A stretch of DNA of 64,000 nt, from contig JASTWF010000080.1 of NCBI GenBank assembly GCA_030390025.1, positions 186,001 to 250,000 on the forward strand, in the 5' to 3' direction. Positions 1-12,640 of the stretch are shown here, one piece after another (position 1 is the first letter of the stretch; each line of letters opens with the position of its first letter). The DNA comes from Squalus acanthias. Taxonomy: Eukaryota. A model generated the notes under the pieces. That model was not told the origin of the DNA. It did no database searches and saw nothing but the letters and a program-made list of their open reading frames with translations. Made by a program: the position numbers and the translations under genes.

Positions 1-296
1 GGAGCATGGGGGGGTCGGAGCATGGTGGGGGCAGAGAGGATTGGGGTTGGAGCATGAGGGGGGTCGGAGCATGGGGGGGACGGAGAGGATCGGGGTTGGA
101 GCATGGGGGGTCAGAGAGGATCGGGGTCGGAGCATGGGGAGGGGGCGGGGGGGGGAGGGAAGCATCTTGCATCCTGGATCCAGCAGCCCTTGCCTTACTT
201 CAGCTGTCGGATTCTCCGAGTCCTGCAAAACCTGACTAGCCACAGCTAAATTTGAAATGCTGGTTAAATCGGAGGCAAGCCAGCCTCATTATAATA

Positions 297-1277
297 TGTC
301 ACTCGGAGGTCGAACTCCAAACCATCGTCAACACCTTCACCGAAGTGTACGAGAGCATGGGCCTTACACTAAACATCCGTAAGACAAAGGTCCTCTACCA
401 ACCTGCCCCCGCTACACAGTACTGCCCCCTGATTATCAAAATCCACGACAAGGCCTTGGGACAACGTGGACCACTTTCCATACCTCGGGAGCCTACTATC
501 AACAAGGGCAGACGTCGATGACGAAGTCCAACACCGCCTTCAGTGTGCGAGTGCAGCCTTCGGTCGCCTGAGGAAGAGGGTGTTTGAAGACCAGGACCTC
601 AAACCCGGCACCAAGCTCATGGTCGACAGACCAGTAGTAATACCCGCTCTCCTGTATGCCTCAGAGACATGGACCATGTACAGCAGGCACATCAAAGCAC
701 CGGAGAGGTACCACCAACGCTGCCTCCGCAAGGTGCTGCAAATCCATTGGCAGGATAGGCGCACCAACGTCAGTGTTCTCGCTCAGGCCAATATCCCCAG
801 CATCGAAGCTTTGACCACGCTCGATCAGCTCCGATGGACGGGTCACATCGTCCGCATGCCCGATACGAGACTCCCAAAACAAGCGCTCTACTCGGAGCTC
901 CGACACGGCAAGATAGCCCCAGGTGGGCAGAGGAAACGCTTCAAGGAGACCCTCAAAGCCTCCTTGAAAAAGTGCAACATCCCCACTGACACCAGGGAAT
1001 CCCTGGCCCAAGACCGCACAAAGTGGAGGAGAAGCATCCGGGAAGGCGCCGAACACCTCGAGTCTCTTCGCCGGGAGCAAGCGGAAGCCAAGCACAGGCA
1101 GCACAAGGAGCGCACGTCAACCCAAGCACCCCACCCACCCGCCCCTTCAACCACCGTCTGCCCCACCTGTGACAGAGACTGTAAGTCCCGCATTGGATTC
1201 ATCAGTCACCTGAGAACTCATTTTTAATGTGGAAGCAAGTCATCCTCGGTTCCGAGGGACTGCCTAAGAAGAAGAAC
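297..1277 (+). mobile_element. 5'-truncated RTE (BovB-like) LINE: RT C-terminus, terminal CCHH zinc finger and (AAG)n tail
   Basis: ORF 466-1227 has FPYLGS, RLQCASAAFGRLRKRVF, QLRWTGHIVRMPDTRLPKQ and CPTCDRDCKSRIGFISHLRTH. It is followed by gagggactgcctaagaagaagaa. Confidence 0.9.
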
Positions 1278-1862
1278 ATGTCAATGGGCGACCAGCCTCC
1301 TGGGAGCGGATTGGTTGCCCGCCGCCCCCAGTCCCGCCTCCGGAAGTGGGCGGGTTGGCGTCGGGATTCCGTTATTCTAACACTTTAACCTCCCACCCGA
1401 CCCCAACACAGCCGGTTTTTGGGGAGGTTAAAATGACCCCTAAATTCTCCGGTTACCTGCCCAAGTCACTCAGTCCCGAGCAACGTTTTGCCCCACTAAT
1501 AATGCTAATGCCTGCAAGAATCTATTTATGATTATAACTGGAGATTACATTTAATTTAATCAAGTTAATGGTTACTGAGTTAGGGGCTGGAAATTCCATA
1601 CTCTTTGGGTTTCTCGTACTTTTCGTACTCTAGATATCTTTGACTTTGTTTCTGATTGTAAGTGAGTTCTCACTCCCTCCATCCCAGAGAAGATTTTCAC
1701 TTGCCCTGATATCTGGGTAAAATTCATACTGTGCCCAGGTAATGAACAGAGAACCCTTGTCAGATTATTTCAATGTCTGGTCCTATCCTGTATCTTCACA
1801 GAACTTTGCTGGTCTTCGAAAGTTGGGAGCATAACACTACACTGCCCCTTGTCTTAGGCTTT

Positions 1863-2000
1863 AACTGACAAACGCAGTGATTAAACACTAACAGAACAAG
1901 TGAACAGTATCAGTAACAGCATAGCCAGCTCCTCCTATAGTAGAAATAATAAAGAGCTCCCCTCTCCTGTGCCAAAATGAAAAATCAGTCATTTCCTTAC
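1863..2000. repeat. Left copy of a 138-bp direct repeat flanking a CR1 (right copy 3703-3840)
   Basis: aactgacaa...atttccttac occurs twice with one visible mismatch (aaacgc/aaccgc). Confidence 0.9.
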
Positions 2001-3702
2001 ACGAGAACATAAGAAATAGGAGCAGGAGTCGGCCATTTGGCCCTTCGAGCCTGCTCCGCCATTCAACAAGATCATGGCTGATCTTCTACCTCATCTCCAC
2101 TTTCCTGCACTATCCCCATATCCCTTGATTCCCTTAATATCCAAAAATCTATCGATCTCTGTCTTGAATATACTCAACGATTGAGCCTCCACAACCCTCT
2201 GGGGTAGAGAATTCCAAAGATTCACCACCCTCTGAGTGAAGAAATTTCTCCTCATCTCAGTCCTAAATGGCCGACCCCTTATTCTGAGACTGTGACCCCT
2301 GGTTCTAGACTCCCCAGCCAGGGGAAACATCCTCCCTGCATCTACCCTGTCAAGCCCTGTAAGAATTTTGTATGTTTCAATGCACTCACCTCTCATTCTT
2401 CTAAACTCAAGAGAATATAGGCCTAGTCTACTCAATCTCTCCTCATAGGACAATTCCCCCCATCCCAGGAACCAGTCTGGTGAACCTTCGTTGCACTCCC
2501 TCTATGGCAAGTATATCCTTCCTTAGGTAAGGAGACCAAAACTGTACACAATACTCCAGGTGTGGTCTCACCAGGGCCCTATATAATTGCAGTAAGATGT
2601 CTTTACTCTTATACCCAAATCCTCTTGTAATAAAGGCCAACATACCATTTGCTTTCCTAATTGCTTGCTGTACCTGCATGTTAACTTTCAGTGATTCGTG
2701 TACAAGGCCACCCAGGTCCCTCTGAACACCAACATTTCCCAATCTCTCACCATTTAAAAAATACTCTGCTTTTCTATTTTTCCTACCAAAGTGGATAACT
2801 TCACATTTCTCCACATTATATTCCATTTGCCATGTTCTTGCCCACTCACTTAGCCTGTCTATATCCCCTTGAGGCCTCCTTGCATCCTCCTCACAACTTA
2901 CATTCCTACTCAGCTTTGTATCATCAGCAAACTTGGATATATTACATTTGGTCCTCTCATCCAAATCATTGATATAGATTGTGAATAGCTGAGGCCCAAG
3001 CACTGATCCTTGCAGTACCCCACTAGTTACAGCCTCCAACCCAAAAATGACCTGTTTATTCCTACTCTCTGTTTTCTGTCCATTAACTAATCCTCAATCC
3101 ATGCTAGTATATTACCCCCAATCCCATGAGCCCTAATTTTGTTTAATAACCTCTTGTGTGGCACCTTATCGAAATCCTTCTGAAAATCCAAATACATCAC
3201 ATCCACTGGTTCCCCCTTACCTTTTCTGCTAGTTACAACCTCAAAAAACTCCAACAGATTTGTCAAACATCATTTCCCTTCCATAAATCCGTGTTGACTC
3301 TGCCCAATCCTATTATTATTTTCTAAGTGCCCTGTTACCACGTCCTTAATAATAGATTCTAGCATTTTCCCTACTACTGATGTCAGGCTAACTGGTCTGT
3401 AGATCCCCGTTTCGTCTCTCCCTCCTTTCTTAAATACATGTGCTATCTTCCAATCCGCGGGAACTGTTCTAGAATCTATGGAATTTTGGAAGATGACAAC
3501 CAATGCATCCACTATCTCTATAGCCACCTCTTTCAAAACCCAAGGATGGAGGCCATCAGGTCCAGGGGATTTATCGGCTTTCAGTCCCATTAATTTCTCC
3601 AGTACTACTTTTTTTTACTAATACTAATATCTTACAGTTCCTCATTCTCGCTAGAGCCTTGGTTCTCCACTATTTCCGGGAGGTTTATTGCGTCTTCTTC
3701 CA
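2001..3702 (-). mobile_element. 5'-truncated CR1 LINE with frameshifted RT
   Basis: ORFs with KSPGPDG, YRPVSLTSV, GVLQGSVLGPQLF, KFADDTK and RPHLEYCVQFW. The 3' tail (ttcttatgttct-type) is at ~2005. Confidence 0.93.
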
Positions 3703-4327
3703 AACTGACAACCGCAGTGATTAAACACTAACAGAACAAGTGAACAGTATCAGTAACAGCATAGCCAGCTCCTCCTATAGTAGAAATAATAAAGAGCTCC
3801 CCTCTCCTGTGCCAAAATGAAAAATCAGTCATTTCCTTACGGAGTGGTCCTTCTTTGGAAGCTATCTGGCCTGACGGACGCTCTAAGGTCGCTGAAACTC
3901 TCTTCAAAGGCTACGGACACAGTCGCTGATTTGACAAAGACAGGTTGTTATCAGAGAACGGGAGCAGAATTTAAATAACTGGCGGCTCAACGGGAAAGGA
4001 CTGCCAAACTAACACGTGAACAAAACAGGCAGGATTTTAACTCGGGAGGCGGGCAGGGAGCTGGATTGTGGTCGGGGAGCCCGGGAGAACAGGTTTCCCT
4101 CAGACCCCGCCGAATTTAACGGCAGGGCCTTATTGACATTCCGTTTCTCTGTTCCCCACCTGCAGCCAGCCAGACTGAGAGGCTGGCCGGCTGGCTGTCC
4201 GGCGGGTAGGCCTGTGGCACCAGGCCGCAGAGCAGTGGGAGGGTGGGAGGGTGTCGGGGACCTGGAATCAGAGATTGGAAGGCCAGTGGGGGGGGGGGGG
4301 GAGGTTGGAGATCAAGGGGAAAGGTCA

Positions 4328-4805
4328 GAAAGAAAGAACTTGCATTTCTATAGCGCCTTTCATGATCTTACGCACGTCTCGAACCGCTTTACAGCCAATT
4401 AAGTACTTTTGAACTTTTGAAGTGGAGTCACTGTTGTAATGTGGGAAACGCGGCAGCCAATTTACGCACAGCAAGGTCCCACAAACAACAATGTGATAAT
4501 GACCAGATAAACTGTTTTTGTTATGTTGGTTGAAGGATAAATTGGCCAGGACACCGGGGATAACTCCCCTGCTCTTCTTCGAAGTAGTGCCATGGGATCG
4601 ATTACGTCCACTTGAGAGAGCAGACAGGGCCTCGGTTTAACGTCTCATCTGAAAGACAGCACCTTCGACAGTGCAGCACTCCCTCAGCACTGCACTGGAG
4701 TGTCAGCCTAGCTTTATGTGCTCAAGTCCCTGGAGTGGGACTTGAACTCAGAACATTCTGACTCAGAGGTGAGTGTGCTACCAACTGAGACACAGCTGAC
4801 ACTGT
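4328..4805 (-). mobile_element. tRNA-derived SINE (SacSINE1/Deu-domain-like) with L2-type 3' end
   Basis: Minus strand starts cagtgtcagctgtgtctcagttggtagcac with a B-box-like gttcaagtccc and central tttcagatgagacgttaaaccgaggcc. It ends gcgctatagaaatgcaagttctttctttct. Confidence 0.75.
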
Positions 4806-4847
4806 CAGGCCGAAGGGCCGATCAGAAACCAGGGTCCTGATGCCAGA

Positions 4848-5250
4848 ACGGTGATCGGAGACCGGGGTCCGGATGGTGATCGGAGACCGGGGTCCGGATG
4901 GTGATCGGAGACCGGGGTCCGGATGGTGATCGGAGACCGGGGTCCGGATGGCGATCGGAGACCGGGGTCCGGATGGCGATCGGAGACCGGGGTCCGGATG
5001 GCGACCGGAGACCGGGGTCAGGATGGCGATCGGAGACCGGGGTCCGGATGGCGATCGGAGACCGGGGTCCGGATGCCGATCGGAGACCGGGGTCCGGATG
5101 GTGATCGGAGACTGGGGTCCGGATGGTCAGAGCGGTGACCGGAGTCCGGATGGCGATTGGAGACCGGGGTCCGGACGGCGATCGGAGACCGGGGTCCGGA
5201 CGGCGATCGGAGACCGGGGTCCGGATGGTCAGAGCGGTGATCAGAGACCG
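4848..5250. repeat. 25-bp CpG-rich minisatellite (gtgatcggagaccggggtccggatg)n
   Basis: Direct tandem copies are visible, and overlapping ORFs start 25 nt apart. Confidence 0.9.
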
Positions 5251-6185
5251 GGGCACCGGGGATCGGAGGTTGGGGGTTGAAAGGCCGGAGGAGGGGGTGG
5301 GAATCGGAGGTTGGAGATCTCGCGGGCAATTTCCCCTCATTTTTTGGGGGGGGGGGGGGGCTGTGCGGTCCAGTCATAGTTTCGCGCGTGAGTAAAATTT
5401 CACATGGGAAAAACCGGTCCCGGGCAGATGAGAGAGAACGTTGCTCGTGGGGGAGGTCGGGGAGCGAGATCGGAAGGGCCAGGGGGGTGCGGGATTCCTG
5501 ACCACGGGGGAGGGGGCGTTGGCGAGGCAGGTACACTGGATCCAGCAGGGAAGTGGAAAGGTGTGGAACGTGGATCCAGCAGTCCTCGCTTTCCTTTAGC
5601 AGCTGGGTTCCCCAGTGCGCGGCCTGGGATACCCGGCCACCCAGAGTAGAATTTAAAATGGTGCTTCAGAATAAGGCACGTTAAAACCGGAGGTGGACGG
5701 GGTTGAGGGGGGTGGTAGGGGAGGGGGGGGCCGGGGGGCATTGGGTCAGTATTTACAGATGCCTAACACTTTAACCTCCCTCCTGGCCCGAAACCACCTG
5801 TTTTTTTGGGGGGGGAGGGGGTTAAAATTCCCACCCACCCCATTGAATTCAACAGCTCCAGCCCGGGAAAAATCGACAACACAAATTCATTTTTTTTAAA
5901 AGCCGAACTTTGCAAGCGCTGGAAATCTGAACCAGAAACTGCAACACCCCATCTGCCAGTGAAGTCCACAGGTGACGACAGGCCTGCTGCGTGTTTGCAG
6001 CTATTTCTGTCGCCTGTGATTTTGGCGTCACTGTCAAGACTGGTATTTATTGACCGTCCCCGATACAAGCGCGTGGCTCGCTCGGCCACTTCAGAGGCCA
6101 GCTAAGAGTCAACCAGGTTGGCGCGGGACTGGAGTCAAGACTAGGCCCAGGCTTGCCCTGGTACTTACACAGATTTATTTACCAG

Positions 6186-6533
6186 ACAGCATCAGACTTC
6201 TCCTGCACAGCAGGACTCCTCATCTCCCACTGAAAATGGATTCTCATCACAGGCAGGAAATCTGTAAGAATCCTCAGACACTCTGCACCTCCCAGATAAT
6301 CACACCTCACCTTCTCATTTTCAGCAATGACCCCCTCAACAAAAACTCAGACTGTAAATCAGGAGGGAAATGCTGTGTCCAAATCCCAGCTTCCAATAAA
6401 CACATTCAATATCCAACACTCAGCCCCAGCCAAACAGTTCAGCACAAAGCACGGAATAAACAGGCCTCTCAGCTGGATCCTCTCACACAGCACAAAGGGG
6501 CATTTCTGTTCCCTTCCTGTTTCCCCCACAGGA
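6186..6533 (+). CDS. Putative terminal cytoplasmic-tail exons of an upstream gene (6186-6263, 6325-6353, stop formed at 6532): QHQTSPAQQDSSSPTENGFSSQAGNLNDPLNKNSD*
   Basis: Acceptors ttatttaccag, ttctcattttcag and tttcccccacag, and donors gtaaga and gtaaat. Phases join consistently and end in T|GA. Identity as a class I-like tail is inference. Confidence 0.4.
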
Positions 6534-6879
6534 TATTCAGACTGCCTGAACATTAATGGGTGTTTTACTGTATAAAATCTGTACAAACCCCATTCCTGCT
6601 CTCACCGTCTCCACTCCTCTCACTTTGAGTGCAGAAGCAGGCAGGAACTGAACCTGCTGCAAAGAAAGGGGCGGAGAAACCCAGGGACACTGCTGTTCCT
6701 CCAAGGACTGACACCATCAGCAGCCAGTCAGGGGCTGCACTCCAAACAGAAGCCACCCACATGTGAAATGCCAATCAAAGATGCCAGCCATTCGGTCTCA
6801 GTGAGGAGCGGGACTTCCCCCTTCACACAGTAACAGAGGCAGAGGCACTGAGTAAACCTTTAAACCAGCTGCAAGCATT

Positions 6880-7375
6880 ACCCTGAGTCCATCACCAGCC
6901 CCCCACCCTCATCAATTTAAACACTGAGTCCAACACCAGCCCCTCACCCTCATCAATTTAAACCCCCCGTCCAACACCAGCCCCTCACCCTCATCAATTT
7001 AAACCCTGAGTCCAACACCAGCCCCTCACCCTCATCAATTTAAACCCCCCGTCCAACACCAGCCCCTCACCCTCATCAATTTAAACCCCCTGTCCAACAC
7101 CAGCCCCTCACCCACATCAATTTAAACCCCCCGTCCAACACCAGCCCCTCACCCTCATCAATTTAAACCCTGAGTCCATCACCAGCCCCCCACCCTCATC
7201 AAATTAAACGCCCCGTCCAACACCAGCCCCTCACCTTCATCAAATTAAACCCCCCGTCCAACACCAGCCCCCCACCCTCATCAATTTAAACCCTGAGTCC
7301 AACACCAGCCCCTCACCCTCATCAATTTAAACCCCCCGTCCAACACCAGCCCCCCACCCTCATCAATTTAAACCA
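6880..7375. repeat. 41-bp minisatellite (tccaacaccagcccctcaccctcatcaatttaaacccc..)n
   Basis: About 12 tandem copies. Confidence 0.9.
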
Positions 7376-7749
7376 CCAGGCAGGTTGGGGATCCTTGTCT
7401 CTGTCTCACAGACTAAGTCTAACGCAGTCCGGGTCCTCATCGTGCGTCAGATCCTTTCCTCTGACTCCAGCCGTCGCTCTCCTCCTGGGCCCCTCTCTGA
7501 TGTTGGGTTTCTCACTCTGTTTGGGTGGCGTCCTTGCGGTTTTATCCCATCAGCTCTCGCTGCCCCGCCCCGTCAAACCGTCTTTACCCCCGCCTCCAAT
7601 ATTTTCAGAAATAATAAACACAAGTGTTGAATGAAAATAATCCTGGAGGTTTTGCGACCCTACTCTGGCTCCCTGCCCTCTCTCCATCTTGTCAATGAGA
7701 ATTCCACGAAGTCTTTCTAATCTCCCTCCCCCTTAACTTGCAGCACTGC

Positions 7750-8990
7750 ATTCCCTCAAGTCTAAGCCCAACATCATGATCAAACCCGTTGAGAAGTCGG
7801 CGCGGCTGTCGGTCAGCGACAGGACCTCCGACCTTCTGAGACCAAATGCCAACTCTGACAGCTCCTCCTACCTCCGTCTGGACCATGACCCCAAGCCATT
7901 ATTTCCCAGACTCTGACTGCTCTCATCTTTTGTGGTGACCTTTCCCACCATTGTCTTGAACCTCGCAGTACCCCAACTCCGCCGAACCCGCTTCTACCTC
8001 CTCCCCAAGATACACAACGATTCCCTGTCCCAGTTGTTTATTGTCCCACTGGACCAATTTCCTCCTATACTTTACATATTCTCTCCTTGTCCAGGCTCTA
8101 CCAAGCTACAATCGGTGACTACTCTGACACCTTCGTGCCACTTTAATGATCTGAGATTTTGCAGCCCCTACCATCATCTTTTCACTATGGATGTACAACC
8201 TCTCTGAACCTGCATCCATCACGAGTCGAGTCTAAATGTCCCATGCTTCTTTGAACAGCAGCTGAACCATTCCCATCCTCTTCTGAAGGACGTTGCAGAG
8301 ATAGAGAGGGGCGAAGCCATGGAGAGGTCTGAAAACAAGGATGAGAATTTTAAAATCGAGGCGTTGCTTAACCGGGAGCCAGTGTAGGTCAGCGAGCACA
8401 GGTGCGATGGATGAATGGGACTTGGTGCGAATTAGGACACGGGCAGCCGAGTTTTGGATGACCTCAAGTTTACGGACATGGGTCCTATCCATGTTTGTGT
8501 TTTTGGAGGATATGTTGAACACTGTTCCAGTCCTACCCAAACCCCCTCCCTGGGCTTTCATTACACGGACAACTGTGTGGTGCTGCTTCTTACTCTTGCT
8601 CCGATCTTGAGAGTTTAATTAACTATAATTCCAATTTTCACTCATCCCTCACCTTCACATGATCCATCTCTTCCCTTCCTGGATTATTCTGTCTCCTGTG
8701 ATGGGTTTTCCATTGACATCGATTGCAAGCCCACCAACTCCCACAACTACCTGGAGTATGCTCCTCCCCATCCCACATATTGTAAAGTCTCCATCCCTTT
8801 CTGTCCGTTTCTCCATCCCATCGGCTCTGATCACTCGCACCTTCTGCACCAGAGCATCTGAAATGTTCTCTTTTTTACCTCCGCCAAAGATGCCCCTCTG
8901 TTCCGGTCAACAGGTTCCTAAACCTTGTCTATTGCATTGCCTGACACTTTCCCCTTCCTCTCACAACTGTGATAGCATCCCCCTGACCAG
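7750..8990 (+). mobile_element. Decayed Penelope-like element RT remnant, interrupted by an L2 fragment (~8280-8475, -)
   Basis: RFYLLPKIH and LFTMDVQ motifs in ORF 7932, and a KPTNSHNYL-like motif near 8727. Confidence 0.65.
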
Positions 8991-9392
8991 TACCAGGACC
9001 ACTGCTTTTCTTGATATATATTAAAGACTTGCGGGGGGAGAAATTCAGTATCGCCCTGTTTGGGGTGCTAATATCGGCCGGGCGCAAAGTTTAGCACCCG
9101 GAGGTAATTATCGCCTCCGACTGTAAAATTCGCCTCTATCGCTCCTGGAGGTGATTGGAGCGCTAAATCAGGCGCTACACACCTCTCTTAAGGCGCTAAC
9201 GTCGAGGAGCGAGGCGCTACCTCAGAGCGCTGACGAAGCTCAGGTGATGTCAGTCAGCAATGGAACCCAGACAGACTGGTGCCGGCCAGTTCTTAAAGGG
9301 GAGGGTCCATCTTGCTCTCCAGCCACACCCTGCTCATTGTAGTGTTGACTCTGGTGCTGGAAAGACCTACCACCATTGCACTGAGAAGACTG

Positions 9393-11430
9393 ATGGATAG
9401 GCCCAGGGAGAGAGCTCAGCGCTTTAGCGACCAGGCCTTGGTGGCACTGGTTGGCACTGTCAAGTGGCGCCGGGCAGTGCTGTACCCAGAGAGTGGCAGG
9501 AGGCCATTGCCCCGGGAGTACTGAAGAGTCTGGAGGGAGGTGGCTCAGCACATCTCCTCGAGGAGTCTGGTGCCGAGGACCCACACCCAATGTCGGAAGA
9601 AGTTCAACGACCTCACTCGGGTGGTCAGGGTGAGTGGCTGCTTTTCAATACCTCTACATCCCTCCATCTCAACTTCACTCTGTGCCCAGAGGGTGTAAAA
9701 ACGCCAAAGGCCCAACACTCATCCCAGACCTATGGCCATCTCATAAAACACACACACGCACATTCCACACCTTGCATACATTAAGGGCTATTCAACTATG
9801 CGAGGCACATCAGGCAAGCACATGGCTGTATACATTAAGGGCTATTCAACTGTGGGAGGCACATCAGGCAAGCACATGGCTGCATACATTAAGGGCTATT
9901 TAACTATGGGAGGCACATCAGGCAAGCACATGGCTGCATACATTAAGGGCTATTCAACTATGGGAGGCACATCAGGCAAGCACATGGCTGCATACATTAA
10001 GGGCTATTCAACTATGGGAGGCACATCAGGCAAGCACATGGCTGCATACATAAAGGGCTATTCAACTATGGGAGGCACATCAGGCAAGCACATGTCTGCA
10101 TACATTAAGGGCTATTCAACTATGGAAGGCACATCAGGCAAGCACATGGCTGCATACATAAAGGGCTATTCAACTATGGGAGGCACATCAGGCAAGCACA
10201 TGGCTGCATACATTAAGGGCTATTCAACTATGGGAGGCACATCAGGCAAGCACATGGCTGCATACATTAAGGGCTATTCAACTATGGGAGGCACATCAGG
10301 CAAGCACATGGCTGCATACATAAAGGGCTATTCAACTATGGGAGGCATATCAGGCAAGCACATGGCTGCATACATAAAGGGCTATTCAACTATGGGAGGC
10401 ACATCAGGCAAGCACATGGCTGCATACATAAAGGGCTATTCAACTATGGGAGGCACATCAGGCAAGCACATGGCTGCATACATTAAGGGCTATTCAACTA
10501 TCGGAGGCACATCAGGCAAGCACATGGCTGCGCAGTCACTCAGACGTTGTCCTTTTTCTTGCAGGCCAAGCTCTCTCATAACAGGCGGGAGCAGCAACGC
10601 ACGGGAGGAGGACCGGCTGAACGACACACCCTCAGCGATTTGGAGGCGAGAGTGCACAGGATCGTTGCCAGCCAGGTCATAGGTGCCGTGACCACTGGAG
10701 ATGTTGACCCCCTTGGGGATAGCAATGGTATGTTCATCATCTCTCTCTCCTCTCTCATACCACTTGCCCCTCACAACACCAGCCTTTTACACTTTCAATC
10801 CAACTTACTAACTGTCTCCAGTCCTTGCTCCCTTACTGCCCCCCAGTCCTCACGCTAAAGCCACACTTTTACCTCCCTGCTTTCAGATAGTGAACCACCA
10901 GCTGACCAGCCTGTCCCTCAACCTGCCAGTGGCAGCGACGCCCCAGGCGAGGAGGAAGAGGAAGCCGGAACCTCACTGCCTGCGTCTCCCGAGGGAGCCC
11001 CTTCCGACACTGGGACCACGCCTTCCCTGGAGGGGAGCAGGGGGTTAGGGTCTGATGAGGGCAAAGCTCCTGGACCCAGCGGGCTGCAGCAACGCCATGG
11101 GGATAGGGAAGCTCGGGGGCCAGCTCCCCAGAGGGCGAGTAGGCAAACGAGTCCTGCTGCACAGGACGTAGATGAGGACCGCGCCATCGCGGCCATGAAT
11201 AGCCAGGCCTTGAGCATGCACACTGAGCTCATGGATGCAATGGCAAGGGTGCCTGAAAGCATGGATGGACTGGCAAGGAGTGTGGAGCAGTCCGCTGCAG
11301 CACAGGCCGATGCAACGCAACGGCTTAGTGCAGCAATTCGGTCATTGGCTGGTGCCACCCAGTCTCAGACTGCACTCATGCAGTCTCAGATTGATGTCAC
11401 GCAAGCACTGACTGCTGCCATCCTCGCTGG
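9393..11430 (+). pseudogene. Harbinger Myb/SANT-like DNA-binding protein (MSANTD4/NAIF1-like), spliced, with a premature stop
   Basis: Exon 9393-9629 reads MDRPRERAQRFSDQAL..VLYP..*RVWREVA..RTHTQCRKKFNDLTRVVR|gtgagt. The exon from 10565 reads AKLSHNRREQQRTGGGP. Confidence 0.8.
9775..10531. repeat. 54-bp minisatellite (~14 copies) in the intron of the Harbinger Myb gene
   Basis: Tandem ggctattcaactatgggaggcacatcaggcaagcacatggctgcatacattaag. Confidence 0.92.
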
Positions 11431-12164
11431 GTCGCCCACACAAACCTTTCCCCATCCCCCCACGCTGCATTTACTGTTTCCGATAAGTTCATCAAAATCC
11501 ATCCACCCCTGCTTTTAAAAACGGAGGAGGCTTGGGTTCGTTGTATCCCCTCTAAAACTTGCTTTTAACATCTGCCTGTTTTTATCAATCATTTTCTTCG
11601 GGATTGAAACGTGCACTTTCCCCTCCTTCATTCATTCATTCAGCTCACTGCCGACCGTTTCCTTCCCTTTCAATCTCTGCGTTCAGCGATCTTTGATCAC
11701 AACTTTCTTCGCTGTATCGCCGCTGACTTTTCTTTTGTTTTAAGAATCTGAACTTTGTCTCAAGAATTTATCTCAGCGAGAAAAAAGACACAACAGAGGA
11801 ACCAAGCCGAATAAAGGCCCATCTTTTATCTGTCAATCGGTTTTAGTTCTTGTTTCCCCAAAGTCCGGCTCCTGTTATTTTTTTCAATCCAATCGCTTGT
11901 TCTTTTCCCGGATTAAACAATCTCCCCTTTCATTTTCTTTCTCCCATTGTGTTTGCTCCTTCACTGCCGCCTGAGTGATTAACACAAGCAGCCTTTGCTG
12001 AGTTTGTGTTTGCATTGAGACGCGTCCATTAAACACAGTCGACCACAAATAAAATATATGTAGGGGGATAAAGACAGGGCGTAACCACTGGGACAAACAA
12101 TGCCAGATGCGGTATAGGAGCAGGAAATGAAATAGATTTAAAGCAAGGATAAAGCTGGGAAAAG

Positions 12165-12640
12165 GGGGAGACAAAAGTGAGAAGTCGCACAACACCAGGT
12201 TATAGTCCAACAGTTTTATTTGAAATCACAAGCTTTCGGAGCTGCTGCTCCTTCGTCAGGTGAAGTGAAGAAATACAAATCGGCACATCATATATAGACA
12301 GAGAACAATGTCTGTGCAGAGTACAATGCCAGACGACTACAGTTAATCTTTCTGACTGCCTTTTATCACACCTCGGCAGAGAGACAATCAGGTCAGTCAG
12401 GAAGACATTATATCAAAGACATAGCAAGATACAACTAAGACAATGAGGTGGGGTCACAGGGGGTCTAATGTGTCAAACGCTGCAGTCTGTATGGAAAACC
12501 ATAAACTTTAAACTTTTTACTTTTTTTACTGGAAATCACATCTGTGAACAAGCCAACGACGACTCGAGTCTGGATGACTCTACGTCAGGTGGGGTTACAT
12601 GTAGCGTGACATGAACCCAAGATCCCGGTTGAGGCCATGT
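12165..12640 (-). mobile_element. Penelope-like element 3' end: GIY-YIG C-terminus and pseudo-LTR with a minimal hammerhead ribozyme
   Basis: Minus strand reads GLNRDLGFMSRYM* near 12600-12636. CTGACGA-aggagc/gctcc-GAAA lies at 12234-12259, followed by AATAAA. Confidence 0.8.

Noticed and set aside
9798-10682. 294-aa ORF of 18-aa repeats (GTSGKHMAAYIKGYSTMG) with a P-loop-like look
   Set aside because: It is a 54-bp minisatellite within the intron of a transposon Myb gene.
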